A stretch of DNA of 64,000 bases from Candidatus Moraniibacteriota bacterium (GTDB lineage Bacteria; Patescibacteriota; Minisyncoccia; Moranbacterales; DUUL01), in assembly GCA_041583775.1 (NCBI GenBank), contig JBFHFF010000002.1, positions 128,274 through 192,273 of the forward strand. Direction: 5' to 3'. Below the pieces are notes generated by a model, which searched no databases, was not told the DNA's origin, and saw only the letters and a list, made by a program, of their open reading frames with translations. Positions 9,900 to 20,351 of the stretch are shown here, in pieces. The number at the start of each line of letters is the position of its first letter. The stretch's first letter is position 1. The translations under genes were made by a program, and so were the position numbers.

Positions 9900-11327
9900 T
9901 TATAATCTAGGAAATAGGTTTTCTTTTTCCTTATTCTCTAAGCTTGTTCTTATTTTTTTTGAAGTTTCTGGCATAAATGGTTGGAGTTTCAACCCCACAA
10001 AATAAACCCCCCGAACCAATCCTTCAATACTCTCCCTAAAAGCCTCATTGTCTATTTTAATTAACTCCCATGGTCTTTGCTCTTCAATTGTTCTATCTAA
10101 TTCTTGTACCAACTTCATAATTCTGGCAAGTTCATCTCCGAATCTTCCTTCATTTAGAGTTTTTTCCAATTCCTCGTTATTTTCAAATGGCCTTCTTTTG
10201 CTTTTCTGAAAATCAAGCTCAAAGTCAGCTTTTTTATAAAGAGTAACCACCCTAGATATTAAGTTTCCGATTCCATTTGCCAAATCTGCGTTAAATTTTT
10301 CGTCAAAACGCCCCCAATTTATATCAGAATCTTCACCGAATGATCCCATACTTAGGAGCAAATATCTTGTTCCATCAACTCCATACTTTTCAACCATCTC
10401 CTCTGGAGAAATAACATTTCCCAAAGATTTACTCATTTTTTGTCCATCAACATTGATAAAACCATTGATATAAATTTTCTTTGAACAAGGTAATTTTGCT
10501 GCCATTAACATCGCTTGCCACATAGCACTTTGCTGTCTTAGATTGTCTTTTCCACAAAATTGTACTCCCGGCCACCATTTTTCGAAATTTTCCTTATCAT
10601 CGGGCCAACCCAATGTAGAAATATAGTTTACTAGAGCATCAAACCAAACATACATCACATGCTTTTCATCATTGGGCACTTCAACGCCCCATGGCATCTT
10701 GTCTTTTAAGCGAGAGATTGAAAAATCTTGTAAACCCTGTTGCACAAAAGAAATGATTTCATTAAATCTTTTTTTTGGTTTAACAAAGTCAGGATTTTCT
10801 TTATACATTTTTAAAAGATCTTCTTGAAAATAAGAAAACTTAAAAAAATAATTTTCCTCGTCAATAACTTCGATTTTTGCATTAGGGTGGTCAGGACATT
10901 TGCCGTCCACAAGCTCTGACTCTGTTTTTTCAAGCTCACAACCAACGCAATAGTTAACTTTATAGTTTTTCTTATAAATAAAACCATTTTTATAACAAAT
11001 TTCCCAAAATTTTTGTGCCGCCACTTTATGTTCAGCATCTGTCGTTCTTATGAACTTATCAAAATCAACATCTAAAAGTTCTTTCAGATGTTTGAAGTTT
11101 TTTGCCTCTTTATTGCAATGCTCTTGAGCGCTTATACCCAATTCTTCAGCTTTTCTTAGAATTTTCAACCCATGTTCATCTGTGCCTGTATTAAAAAAAA
11201 CTTCTTTACCAAGAAGCTTATTTGCTCTAGCTAAAACATCAGCACTAACAATTTCAAGCGCGAATCCGATGTGTGGCTTTGCATTTACATATGGCAATGT
11301 CGTTGTAATGTAATAAGTATTTTTCAT
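9900..11327 (-). CDS. metG: Methionine--tRNA ligase (short form)
   Basis: YITTTLPYVNAKPHIGF, TGTDEHG, FIRTTD, YVWFDALVNY, KMSKSLGN. Confidence 0.96.
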   Translation of the reverse strand: MKNTYYITTTLPYVNAKPHIGFALEIVSADVLARANKLLGKEVFFNTGTDEHGLKILRKAEELGISAQEHCNKEAKNFKHLKELLDVDFDKFIRTTDAEHKVAAQKFWEICYKNGFIYKKNYKVNYCVGCELEKTESELVDGKCPDHPNAKIEVIDEENYFFKFSYFQEDLLKMYKENPDFVKPKKRFNEIISFVQQGLQDFSISRLKDKMPWGVEVPNDEKHVMYVWFDALVNYISTLGWPDDKENFEKWWPGVQFCGKDNLRQQSAMWQAMLMAAKLPCSKKIYINGFINVDGQKMSKSLGNVISPEEMVEKYGVDGTRYLLLSMGSFGEDSDINWGRFDEKFNADLANGIGNLISRVVTLYKKADFELDFQKSKRRPFENNEELEKTLNEGRFGDELARIMKLVQELDRTIEEQRPWELIKIDNEAFRESIEGLVRGVYFVGLKLQPFMPETSKKIRTSLENKEKENLFPRL

Positions 11328-11443
11328 ATAACTTTATCCTTTTTGATTTAAGCATAAAATAACTGAGTAGGCGAAAATTGAAAAGACAATATCCGCCACA
11401 CTGTCATTCTATAATAAACTTAGCTAGTATCTATAACAAAAAC

Positions 11444-11719
11444 CTATTCAATACGAATTGATTTGCCTCGAACAATTGCATTTGCAATTTTTGTTCTAGC
11501 GCGCGAAAGGATTCTTTGTAAAGTGCTTTGAGATGTGTTCATTTTAGCAGCTGCTTCAGTTTGACTCATTCCTTTTTCATCAACAAGTCTTAAGGACTCA
11601 GCTTCTTCTCTTTCAAGAACAACTTCTTGCAAGTCTTTATCGAGAATTCCCTCTGGTTTAAACAGAGACGACTTTGGTCGAAAATGTACTTTTCGACGTA
11701 ACTTTGGTCTTGGTGACAT
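11444..11719 (-). CDS. DUF134 family HTH protein
   Basis: MSPRPKLRRKV..FKPEG, EEAESLRLVD, QTEAAAKMNTSQSTLQRILSRARTKIANAIVRGKSIRIE. Confidence 0.88.
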   Translation of the reverse strand: MSPRPKLRRKVHFRPKSSLFKPEGILDKDLQEVVLEREEAESLRLVDEKGMSQTEAAAKMNTSQSTLQRILSRARTKIANAIVRGKSIRIE

Positions 11720-11969
11720 AATTTTTTATATGGATCCAAAAACACACAGATTGCCCTCTATTGTATTTTTGTAATCACTAATTAATTATCAAATACAGTA
11801 TACTTTACTTCTGTTAAAAAAACAACCTTTGCCTTGGAGTATATTTTCTGCCGTTTCACACAATTAAAATTAAAATGAGCTTGTTTTATAGGATTTCTTT
11901 GACCTTTTTATTTTTTCCATTATACTAAACTACTGGTCTTTATTAATATATTTTCTTTTTTAAATAAAA

Positions 11970-12737
11970 ATGAATCTTTCTATAATTTTAGTAAATTATC
12001 GAAGCGAAAAATGGCTCAATAATTGCTTGTGTTTTTTAGAAGAACTCACCTCCTCAGATATTATTTTTGAGATTATTATTGTCAATAACGATGACAATAA
12101 ATTTGTTTTGACTAAAAAATATTCTTTTTCTCCGAAAATAATTCAAAACCAAAAAAATATTGGTTTTGGGAGAGCAAATAATTTAGGTGTACAAGTTGCT
12201 ACTGGAGAAAATATTCTATTTTTAAATCCAGATACTGTTTTTAAAAAAAAGCATCTGAAAGAACTTTTGCTTTTTTTTGAAACAAATCCCCAAATCGGTG
12301 TACTCAGCCCTAAAATAATTCAAGCTTCTCGACTACAAGCACAACCCTTTACTTGTGGTAAAAAAACATCTCTTTTAGGTATTATTTTCAGAAATACAAT
12401 TCTGAAGCCTTGGAATAAAAAAAGACCAGTACTTGTTGATTGGGTTTCTGGAACCGCACTATTAACAAGAAAACATCTCTTTGAAAAAGTTGGCGGTTTT
12501 GATGAAAATTTTTTTATGTACTTCGAGGACCAAGATTTATGTCTTAGAATTAAAAAACTTGGCTATGACATAGTCTTTTTTCCTAAAAGCAAGGTCCTAC
12601 ATTATGACGGAAAATGTTGGCCAAACACTAAACAACAAAAAATTGCTTTTTATAAAGCTCAAGATTATTTTTTCAAAAAACATCATCTTCCTTATAAATT
12701 AACTATATTAAGGGTGTTAAAAAAAATAGCTCTATGA
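11970..12737 (+). CDS. Glycosyltransferase family 2
   Basis: SIILVNY, NIGFGRANNLG, LFLNPD, DWVSGTALL, GGFDENFFMYFEDQDLC. Confidence 0.92.
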   Translation: MNLSIILVNYRSEKWLNNCLCFLEELTSSDIIFEIIIVNNDDNKFVLTKKYSFSPKIIQNQKNIGFGRANNLGVQVATGENILFLNPDTVFKKKHLKELLLFFETNPQIGVLSPKIIQASRLQAQPFTCGKKTSLLGIIFRNTILKPWNKKRPVLVDWVSGTALLTRKHLFEKVGGFDENFFMYFEDQDLCLRIKKLGYDIVFFPKSKVLHYDGKCWPNTKQQKIAFYKAQDYFFKKHHLPYKLTILRVLKKIAL

Positions 12738-13996
12738 AATTATTAAATTGGAAAAATTTATTCCTCTTTTCATTGGCAATTCTACCTTTTAGTTTTGCAT
12801 TAAACCCAACCTCCAATATTGACATGCCCTTTATTAGAGCTCTTTTTCCTTTAGTTTTTTTGTTTTGGTTTTTTTGCTCTCTTTTTGAAAAAAAAATTAT
12901 TTTAGACAAAAGACCTCGCTTTTTAATACTTTTAATATTTTTATTTATTTGCTCAATTTCCTTTTTTTGGGCAAATGATAAATCTGCCGCATTAACAAAA
13001 ATTCTTTTCCTTTTATCCTTCCTCCCTGTATATTTTTTAAGCTACGCCATTACTAAACAGAAAAAAATGCGCTTAACAGTGTTAAAAGTTTTTGTTTTCA
13101 GCTCTTTTGTTGCTGCTTTTTTTGCTCTATTTATTTTTTCTTTGCAATTTATTTTTGGAATTGATACTGCAATTTTATTCGCAACAAAAACAACTCCTTT
13201 CTTTTTAGGAAAAAACTTTTCTGGTATGGTTTTGGCTTATCCAAGCTGGCTTGTAAATATTAACGGGAAAACAATAATGCGAACTTTTGGATCATTTCCA
13301 GACCCCCATCTTTTTTCACTTTTTATTAACTTGTCATTACCTTTTTCTTTTTATTTATGGAAAAAAACCTCTTTAAAGATTTATCTTTTTTTAGGTTCTG
13401 TATGTTTAATTGCAAGCTTACTTAGTTTTTCAAGAGCTTCATATCTAGCTATTTTTCTTGGATTATTTTTCTCCATCCTACTCTTTTCAAATTTTCACAA
13501 TAACCTCTTTTTTATAAAAAAACATTTTTCCAAATTCCTTGGAATTGCTTTTTTTATTTTCCTTTTTTTACTTATTCCGAACCCATTAACTCAAAGATTT
13601 GCCTCTTCTTTTAATTTAAACGAGGGGTCTAATTCTGGTAGATTGGATATGTGGCGGTTAGCAATCTCAAATACACTTGAAAAACCACTTACTGGTGTTG
13701 GTATTGGAAATTTTGCCAAATATAATTTCCCGATGTCAACCAGCAATGACCCCATTTATGCACACAATTTGTTTTTAGATTTCAGTTCAGAAATTGGTTT
13801 TATTGGGGCACTTTTTTTAATTATATTATTCCTATCCCCTTTTATTGCTCTAAACAAAAAAGCATCTTCTTTGAACAAGACAATTGCGCTTGCAATATTT
13901 ATCTTCGCAATCCATTCATTGTTTGAGACACCTTTTTATTCTATTAGGGTTTTCCCTTTATTTTTTTTAATTTTAGCAATTGATGACAATGCTTAG
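12734..13996 (+). CDS. O-antigen ligase/Wzy_C family membrane protein
   Basis: Polytopic; RTFGSFPDPH, SFSRAS, RLDMW, PLTGVGIGNF, YAHNLFL. Confidence 0.88.
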   Translation: MKLLNWKNLFLFSLAILPFSFALNPTSNIDMPFIRALFPLVFLFWFFCSLFEKKIILDKRPRFLILLIFLFICSISFFWANDKSAALTKILFLLSFLPVYFLSYAITKQKKMRLTVLKVFVFSSFVAAFFALFIFSLQFIFGIDTAILFATKTTPFFLGKNFSGMVLAYPSWLVNINGKTIMRTFGSFPDPHLFSLFINLSLPFSFYLWKKTSLKIYLFLGSVCLIASLLSFSRASYLAIFLGLFFSILLFSNFHNNLFFIKKHFSKFLGIAFFIFLFLLIPNPLTQRFASSFNLNEGSNSGRLDMWRLAISNTLEKPLTGVGIGNFAKYNFPMSTSNDPIYAHNLFLDFSSEIGFIGALFLIILFLSPFIALNKKASSLNKTIALAIFIFAIHSLFETPFYSIRVFPLFFLILAIDDNA

Positions 13997-15161
13997 TTTC
14001 TTAAATTATCTAACAATTGCCCTTCTACCTGTTTATTTAATAAAAATACCCTTTGCAATAGGAGGTAGTTTAAATTTATTAGATATATTTTTAATTACCT
14101 CTATTACTTGCAATCTTTTTTTCATAATCAAAGAAGGTTACTTTATAAAATTTACAAAATTAAACACTTACATCAAAGTAGCTCTTTTTCTTTTTATTTT
14201 TGGATACCTCTTTTCACTTCTTGTAAATTATAATAAAGCTTCCTTTTTAGATAGCGCGGGGATGTTTAAAAGTTTCATTCTTCTCCCCATTCTATTCTCA
14301 TTAACTGTTTCTTTTTTGGTTTTTAAAAAAAAGCTTCTTATTAAATACCTCTTATTCTCTTTTGTCTTTATGACAACTATTTTATCTATTATTGGTTTTA
14401 TTTATTTTTTTCTTGATATACTGACATTTGATAACCGCTTAGAAATATTTTTTAATTCTCCTAATGCGCTAGCAATGCTTTTGGGACCCGGCATTTTAAT
14501 TCTTATCTTTTTTTTAAATAAGTTTAATGGCCGTTTTTATGCCTTTTTTCTGATTTTACTTTTTTTCCACAGCTTTTCCACAATAGCGACTTCTTCCTTT
14601 GGTTGCTTACTTTCTTTGTTTATTTTACTTATCATTTTTTTATTTATTAAATTAGTTAAAATTGATATTACAAAAATATACCTTATTTTTATAATATCAC
14701 TACTATCACTTTCCATTTTTCTGCTTTTTCTTTTGCCTATAACTAAATTTTTGCCATATAGTCAAAATATTCCTCCCTCTTTTTATTCAAGAATTGTTAT
14801 TTATGATGTAACAAGACAAATACTCTTAAAAGAATCTTTTGATGGTGTCGGTCTTGGAAATTTTCAGAAACATTACCTTTTACAACAAATTTACAACATT
14901 CCTTATCCTCAATGGGCTGTCCCTCACCCACACAACAACTTTCTTTTAGTACTTGTTGAGGGCGGCTTCCTAGCCTTTCTGGGCTATATTATGCTCATCT
15001 TCAAGAGGCCCTTATTTAAAAAAACGCCTTTCGGCATCTTAACTGTTTTTCTTTTCTTTTATTTTATAATTCATGGTATCGTAGATACAACAATCTGGAA
15101 AAACGATCTCGCTGTTATTTTTTGGCTATTCTTTGGTCTTTTGAATTTTTATCGACAATAA
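13980..15161 (+). CDS. O-antigen ligase/Wzy_C family membrane protein (second copy)
   Basis: Polytopic; FNSPNALA, SRIVIY, GVGLGNF, PHPHNNFL, HGIVDT. Confidence 0.85.
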   Translation: MMTMLSFLNYLTIALLPVYLIKIPFAIGGSLNLLDIFLITSITCNLFFIIKEGYFIKFTKLNTYIKVALFLFIFGYLFSLLVNYNKASFLDSAGMFKSFILLPILFSLTVSFLVFKKKLLIKYLLFSFVFMTTILSIIGFIYFFLDILTFDNRLEIFFNSPNALAMLLGPGILILIFFLNKFNGRFYAFFLILLFFHSFSTIATSSFGCLLSLFILLIIFLFIKLVKIDITKIYLIFIISLLSLSIFLLFLLPITKFLPYSQNIPPSFYSRIVIYDVTRQILLKESFDGVGLGNFQKHYLLQQIYNIPYPQWAVPHPHNNFLLVLVEGGFLAFLGYIMLIFKRPLFKKTPFGILTVFLFFYFIIHGIVDTTIWKNDLAVIFWLFFGLLNFYRQ

Positions 15162-16331
15162 TTATTTCAATGTTATTGAATAAACGCTTTTCGTTTTTTT
15201 GTCTGTAAAAAAAAGATACTTCTCGTTTTCATCCAAGAATAAATTTACAGCATCCACTGCAACCATTTCGGCGCTCTCTAAAAGTCTTCGTTTTTTGCCA
15301 GACTCTACATCGATTTCCCAAAAAGTGTCTGTTGAGTTATATTTTCCTGAACTCCAGTCATTTGGTAATATTATTTCATTTTTAGCATACACCATCATAG
15401 CACAATAGATTTTTTTATTATCCTTAGCCCAAACACATTTATCAACAGAGGTAGGAAAATTCAAACTCTTCAACTCCCCTCCTTTCGCGTTCATTGAGCT
15501 TAGCATCATCCCGTTGCCTATTTGTTCGTTTACATAAGAAACTAGCAGTCTATTTCCGTTATTAGACCATAAATAATCAGCAGCAAAAACTCCCTTATGC
15601 ACACTTTCCACTTCCTTTGTTTTAATATTTATACAATCTAAACCAGCTTCAAAATTAGCATCTGGATATCTATGATAACAGATTTTGCCACCATTTTTTG
15701 GAATTTCAAAATCAATTTTTTCATATTGCAAATCATTTAGAACAATTTCTTCATTTTCTCCATTAAGATCTGCTATCGCAATTTTTCTACCAGTCTCATT
15801 TTCAAATGATTTATAAACAATTTTATCTTCCACTTCATTTTTATACCAAACTACATATTCAATTTTCTCGTCCAACTCACTTATCGTATTTTTATTTAAA
15901 TCATAAACAAAATACTTATTCTTGTCTTTTATCAACGCCTTATCCCTATTAAAATTCCATTGAATAGCTGAAACATCAATAAAAGGATACCCCCCAATAG
16001 AGTTCCTTGATTGTCCTTTGAAATCAATTAATAAAAAATTTCTATTTTGATAATATAATACTTGTGATGTAGTTAAATTCAAAACAGCACCCTTTACTGA
16101 TCCCTCTTCACCTGCTATTAATTTGTAAATTTTTCCATTTTCAGTTTCCTTTTCTTCCTCTATCTCACTCTCTTCTAATTCTTGGTTTTCTGTTTCCACA
16201 GAAAGCTCTGGTGCATTTTCTTTTTTGTTGTCAGTAAAAAATTTTTCATTTGAAGATATACTATGCAAAACAAAAGCTAGGGATGTTATGAGAAAAATAA
16301 TTGCAATAGCTATAAAAAAATTTTTTGACAT
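15162..16331 (-). CDS. Membrane-anchored extracytoplasmic protein, possible beta-propeller
   Basis: N-terminal TM, acidic linker, repeated beta-rich units (IQWNFNRDK, LWSNNGNRL, CVWAKDNKK). Confidence 0.7.
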   Translation of the reverse strand: MSKNFFIAIAIIFLITSLAFVLHSISSNEKFFTDNKKENAPELSVETENQELEESEIEEEKETENGKIYKLIAGEEGSVKGAVLNLTTSQVLYYQNRNFLLIDFKGQSRNSIGGYPFIDVSAIQWNFNRDKALIKDKNKYFVYDLNKNTISELDEKIEYVVWYKNEVEDKIVYKSFENETGRKIAIADLNGENEEIVLNDLQYEKIDFEIPKNGGKICYHRYPDANFEAGLDCINIKTKEVESVHKGVFAADYLWSNNGNRLLVSYVNEQIGNGMMLSSMNAKGGELKSLNFPTSVDKCVWAKDNKKIYCAMMVYAKNEIILPNDWSSGKYNSTDTFWEIDVESGKKRRLLESAEMVAVDAVNLFLDENEKYLFFTDKKTKSVYSITLK

Positions 16332-16371
16332 ACTTTTTTGAGCGTTGTTTATTTTTTTAAAATAAACTTAA

Positions 16372-16800
16372 TTAATTACATCCCGCAGGATCAAGACATG
16401 ACCTAACTGATGGTATCGTTGTCATGACATCCCTTGTTAAATCTGGGTTAATAATGTTTAAAATCAACCAAGCCGTAAGTGCTATTCCCAGTCCAAAAAT
16501 AGCACTATATATTGTTTCTTTCGCGTCACTCATTGTAGATGCATTCCCAGCAGAAAATACAGTGTATTTAAAAGCACCAAATCCTATCATAAAAATTGCT
16601 AGTAAAGCAGAAATGCCTACACCAAAAGTATACAATGAATTTAAATAAGATAAGAAATCATTTGATCCTGTAGTCTCACCTGGTACAATTTCTCGTGTTG
16701 TATAGCTACCAGCAAAAACATTGTTTGTTACAAAAATACCATAAAAACTAATCATTGCTAAGATTCGAAATTTTTTTAATTTCATATTTTTTATTATCAT
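16372..16800 (-). CDS. VirB2/TrbC-like T4SS pilin
   Basis: Signal peptide ending VFA, two hydrophobic helices separated by SAGNASTMSDAKETI, then LILNIINPDL. Confidence 0.8.
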   Translation of the reverse strand: MIIKNMKLKKFRILAMISFYGIFVTNNVFAGSYTTREIVPGETTGSNDFLSYLNSLYTFGVGISALLAIFMIGFGAFKYTVFSAGNASTMSDAKETIYSAIFGLGIALTAWLILNIINPDLTRDVMTTIPSVRSCLDPAGCN

Positions 16801-19637
16801 AGCTCTTTATTTAATTTAACAGCATAAGACAAACCAAACATTACACTCCAAACCAAAACCATTGCAATCGCCAACCGAATTATAAACAGCAAATAATGAG
16901 GGGCGTTGCTAATTGAAGAAGCGAGATATTGCTTAAGTGTAACATCCTGAGCTAAAGCCATATTAAAACCAACTTTCACTGAAATAGCAGTGTCTCTTGC
17001 TAATGTATTAGAATCAATAACACCCCAAGTGTCTTTTAGCATCTCAACATATTCATTCGCACCTCCCGAAGAAAAACTTTTCACGAGTCTAGCCTTAAGG
17101 TCTATTCCCGTTCCAATTGTCATATCTGCTGGAATTGTAAATGTAATTTGATCACCATTAAGAACTGTATTTAATCTCATAGTGTTGTTTCCTGTAACAA
17201 GAAAGTCATCGTCAACTTCTATATTATTTATATACCAAACCAAATCAACTTCATCATCATCTTGAACGGCATCAGTATTAATACTCATATACCTTGGAAC
17301 CACAGTTGCTCTGAAGCTAACAGTTGTGCCATTATCTGCTTCATATACAGTATCAGAAAGTGTTCCATCAAATCTTGTTGTGGCAACAGCATTGCCGTCA
17401 ACACTTTCAACCACAGCTCTAGGACCTGCAACTGTTAGAATTCTTTGAGAAACAAAATCTGCCGAACCCTCTGTTGCATTACTTCTTTTACTAGAAACAG
17501 AAATCGACATTATTGAATCTTCTCCAGCAGTAACAGGGAAAAACATTTCTTCTTCTGGGGCGGTTCCACAACCAACACCTCCAAAAATTCTACAATTCAC
17601 AACTGCGCCAATGCTATTGTCGTTTATTTTCCAGTTATACCTATCGAATGCTGGGGTTCCATCTGCAGTAACAGTTTCTGCAATCAAAACTTCATATGGA
17701 TATACTGGACAAATATCTTCATATAAACCAGTATCACAAATTGCTGGCCCCCTTCTCCATGTCCCACTAGCAGTGTCTCTTATTGCTTTATATAAATTCA
17801 TCCCCACAACATTTCTAATAACTGGAAAATAGATTCTTTCAACTGCACCCACAGTTCTACCATCCACATCAAGTGATGTTCCTCCAGCTAAAGATTCGTG
17901 CTCACTAACTATTACAGTTGCCCTTAGCCATACCTTGTTGTCAGTAGCGGCCAATGCTGGTAAACCAGAGAGTGCTCCAAAAATTGCACTTGTAGGAAAA
18001 AATTTCAATTCCCTAACACCCATCCCCTCAGTAAAACTTTCATATATTAAACTTGCATTGGGAACAATATGCTCACAATCGCTAAAATCATTACCATTAC
18101 AACGATCAATTTGCCATTGATAAAACAAATAATCTTCATTAACACCTTCATTGCTCAAACTAGCATTTATCTGAATAAGGTCAGATCTTTTATTTTCTAC
18201 ATTCATTTCCACAGCATCAAATTGAGGGTTTTCTGGTATAACGCTCAGTTCTGGATCAAGAATAGTTCCCCCTGACTCGTTCACAGGAATAGTTCCAAAA
18301 TAATTAAAACCCCAATCACTATTACCTGGCTCACACTTATCATCGCTCAATGGAGCTCCTGTAGAAAGTTGTAGTCTCATACTATTGTCATGAGTTGAAC
18401 AAATAGCTGGTGTTGCCCACATTATTTTATAATAAGCATTTAACTCCCCACTATCATCAGTTACTCCAGCGCCATATACTTCAATAATACTATTATCACA
18501 AGAATCATAGTTTGCCATACCATCATTAAATAAAGACATATCAGTGGAAATGGTGCTATCTCCTAGATTAAGATTGTCTGGTAAAAATGTTGAACAAAAA
18601 GCCGAAGCTTCACCGCTAGTAGCAAAAGTTTGTACGACTCCTGTAATGGGATTAGTAACATTATAACCAGTAAGTGTCGAAGTTTCTGTTTCTCCACCTT
18701 CAGAAATTGGAATCATTGAAGTTCCTTCGATAACAACACCAACTCTGTCTCCAGGTCTATAAATCCAAGTAAATTGGGTTTGATTTAAGCCAGCTAAATC
18801 GGCTTCATCCTCAACTCCATCTCCATCCGTATCAGCATTTGTTGGGTCCGTGCCCCAGCATTCCTCTTCTGCAACACCAAAATCACCATCTCCAACACGC
18901 CCAACTCCACAATTTCCAAATTCATGACTACATCTTACAATTTCATCTCTCCCAGCTCTTGCATCCTCTTCTGAATCCCCCATATTATCACTAGAAACTT
19001 GTTTTCCAAAATTATGATCATAACATCTCGTTATAGCACTATATCTTACTATTTGTTTGTCAGCATCGAACATTACTGCTGGATCATCATCATAAAAACC
19101 AACTCCGTTTCCTGTTTTAGCACCAACTCCATCAAGACCACCATAACTAGCATCAAAACCATCTTCATCTTCTAATGCGGCTGGTATAGCTGCATAATTT
19201 ATACCAAAAAGGTCTGCGTCAAAATTTCCTCTTGCTAAAATTCCCATCGCCTCTCGCTTTCCTGCTTCAATAGTGTTTAAGGCTCTCCCTTCATCATCCG
19301 AATGAACAATATACCAGGTATAATATAAATTAGATGTATCAGTTTTAAAACCTTTTGGAGCTGAGAGCGCTGTCACTTTTTCCCCCTCTTTTGGATTCGT
19401 TTTATTGAAACTAATCTCAACAGTTGGTACCATTTCTTTTTTTACCGATCTCCTTAAAGCATCTTTATCAAAACCATATCTATCCTCCATACATTCCGCC
19501 ATTCTCTCAAGGTTAACGGTTGCTCCTTTTGTAGCACTAACTTGACATTGAGCCTGAGCAAACACATAGTCTGTTTTTAATAAAAACAGTACCAGTGCTA
19601 AAAAGCAAATTCTTGCTATTTTTTTGTATTTTTTCAT
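16797..19637 (-). CDS. Large secreted/surface protein with Ca-binding DxDGDG motif and C-terminal membrane anchor
   Basis: Signal peptide (VFAQ), GTDPTNADTDGDGVEDEAD, many Cys, Ig-like YTWYI/YQWQI/YNWKI/LVWYI strands, C-terminal hydrophobic helix. Confidence 0.8.
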   Translation of the reverse strand: MKKYKKIARICFLALVLFLLKTDYVFAQAQCQVSATKGATVNLERMAECMEDRYGFDKDALRRSVKKEMVPTVEISFNKTNPKEGEKVTALSAPKGFKTDTSNLYYTWYIVHSDDEGRALNTIEAGKREAMGILARGNFDADLFGINYAAIPAALEDEDGFDASYGGLDGVGAKTGNGVGFYDDDPAVMFDADKQIVRYSAITRCYDHNFGKQVSSDNMGDSEEDARAGRDEIVRCSHEFGNCGVGRVGDGDFGVAEEECWGTDPTNADTDGDGVEDEADLAGLNQTQFTWIYRPGDRVGVVIEGTSMIPISEGGETETSTLTGYNVTNPITGVVQTFATSGEASAFCSTFLPDNLNLGDSTISTDMSLFNDGMANYDSCDNSIIEVYGAGVTDDSGELNAYYKIMWATPAICSTHDNSMRLQLSTGAPLSDDKCEPGNSDWGFNYFGTIPVNESGGTILDPELSVIPENPQFDAVEMNVENKRSDLIQINASLSNEGVNEDYLFYQWQIDRCNGNDFSDCEHIVPNASLIYESFTEGMGVRELKFFPTSAIFGALSGLPALAATDNKVWLRATVIVSEHESLAGGTSLDVDGRTVGAVERIYFPVIRNVVGMNLYKAIRDTASGTWRRGPAICDTGLYEDICPVYPYEVLIAETVTADGTPAFDRYNWKINDNSIGAVVNCRIFGGVGCGTAPEEEMFFPVTAGEDSIMSISVSSKRSNATEGSADFVSQRILTVAGPRAVVESVDGNAVATTRFDGTLSDTVYEADNGTTVSFRATVVPRYMSINTDAVQDDDEVDLVWYINNIEVDDDFLVTGNNTMRLNTVLNGDQITFTIPADMTIGTGIDLKARLVKSFSSGGANEYVEMLKDTWGVIDSNTLARDTAISVKVGFNMALAQDVTLKQYLASSISNAPHYLLFIIRLAIAMVLVWSVMFGLSYAVKLNKEL

Positions 19638-19658
19638 AGTTTGTTTTTGTTTAGAACC

Positions 19659-20339
19659 CTAAGAAGTAAATTGTGAATAAAAATAAATATCTAATATTAA
19701 TAAATATATCCAATGGAATGCTGTTGAGACAAAAATAGATTTATTTTTATAAGCAATAAATCCAAATAAAATGTTGGGCATTAATATCAAAAGCATACTT
19801 TTTCCTGAAATCATTCCTGTAGTACCCAATTCATAAACTAAAAAAAGGAAGGCTTGGGTAATAATAGCATAAAAAATACTCATAACTGAAGTTAGTCCTT
19901 TCATTACAAATCCTCTGAAAAAAAACTCTTTTGCAAAAACCACAAAGGGAAGAATGAAAAGATCAACAAATAGCATTATTTTAACATCTTTTGCTATTAC
20001 CCAAGAAGAAACTCTTATATTTTCTTGCCAATTTAATTTTAGCACAAAAAGTACTATTACTGCAAAAAAAATAATTGTTATTCCTAACGAAGTCATTAAA
20101 TTTTTAAAATTTAAATTATTTTGTAAAAAATATTCCTTAGGATTTTCTTTGAAAATATTTTTAATAATAAAAAAAGGTGCTATAAACAGCAAAAATACTG
20201 TTGTAATCATCCATTCAAAAAATCCACCAGCCCTAACATCTTCAAGAAAAAAATTAGTCAAAAAAATAACCAAAATAAGATTCACCAAAATCACAAAGAT
20301 TATGTTTTTTTTATTTTTTATTTTTTGATTTTTTAACAT
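19659..20339 (-). CDS. CPBP (Abi/Rce1-like) intramembrane protease family protein
   Basis: Polytopic; KEFFFRG, QAFLF, YKNKSIFVSTAFH. First Glu and first His of the canonical motifs appear substituted. Confidence 0.75.
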   Translation of the reverse strand: MLKNQKIKNKKNIIFVILVNLILVIFLTNFFLEDVRAGGFFEWMITTVFLLFIAPFFIIKNIFKENPKEYFLQNNLNFKNLMTSLGITIIFFAVIVLFVLKLNWQENIRVSSWVIAKDVKIMLFVDLFILPFVVFAKEFFFRGFVMKGLTSVMSIFYAIITQAFLFLVYELGTTGMISGKSMLLILMPNILFGFIAYKNKSIFVSTAFHWIYLLILDIYFYSQFTS

Positions 20340-20351
20340 TTTTTATTTTTA

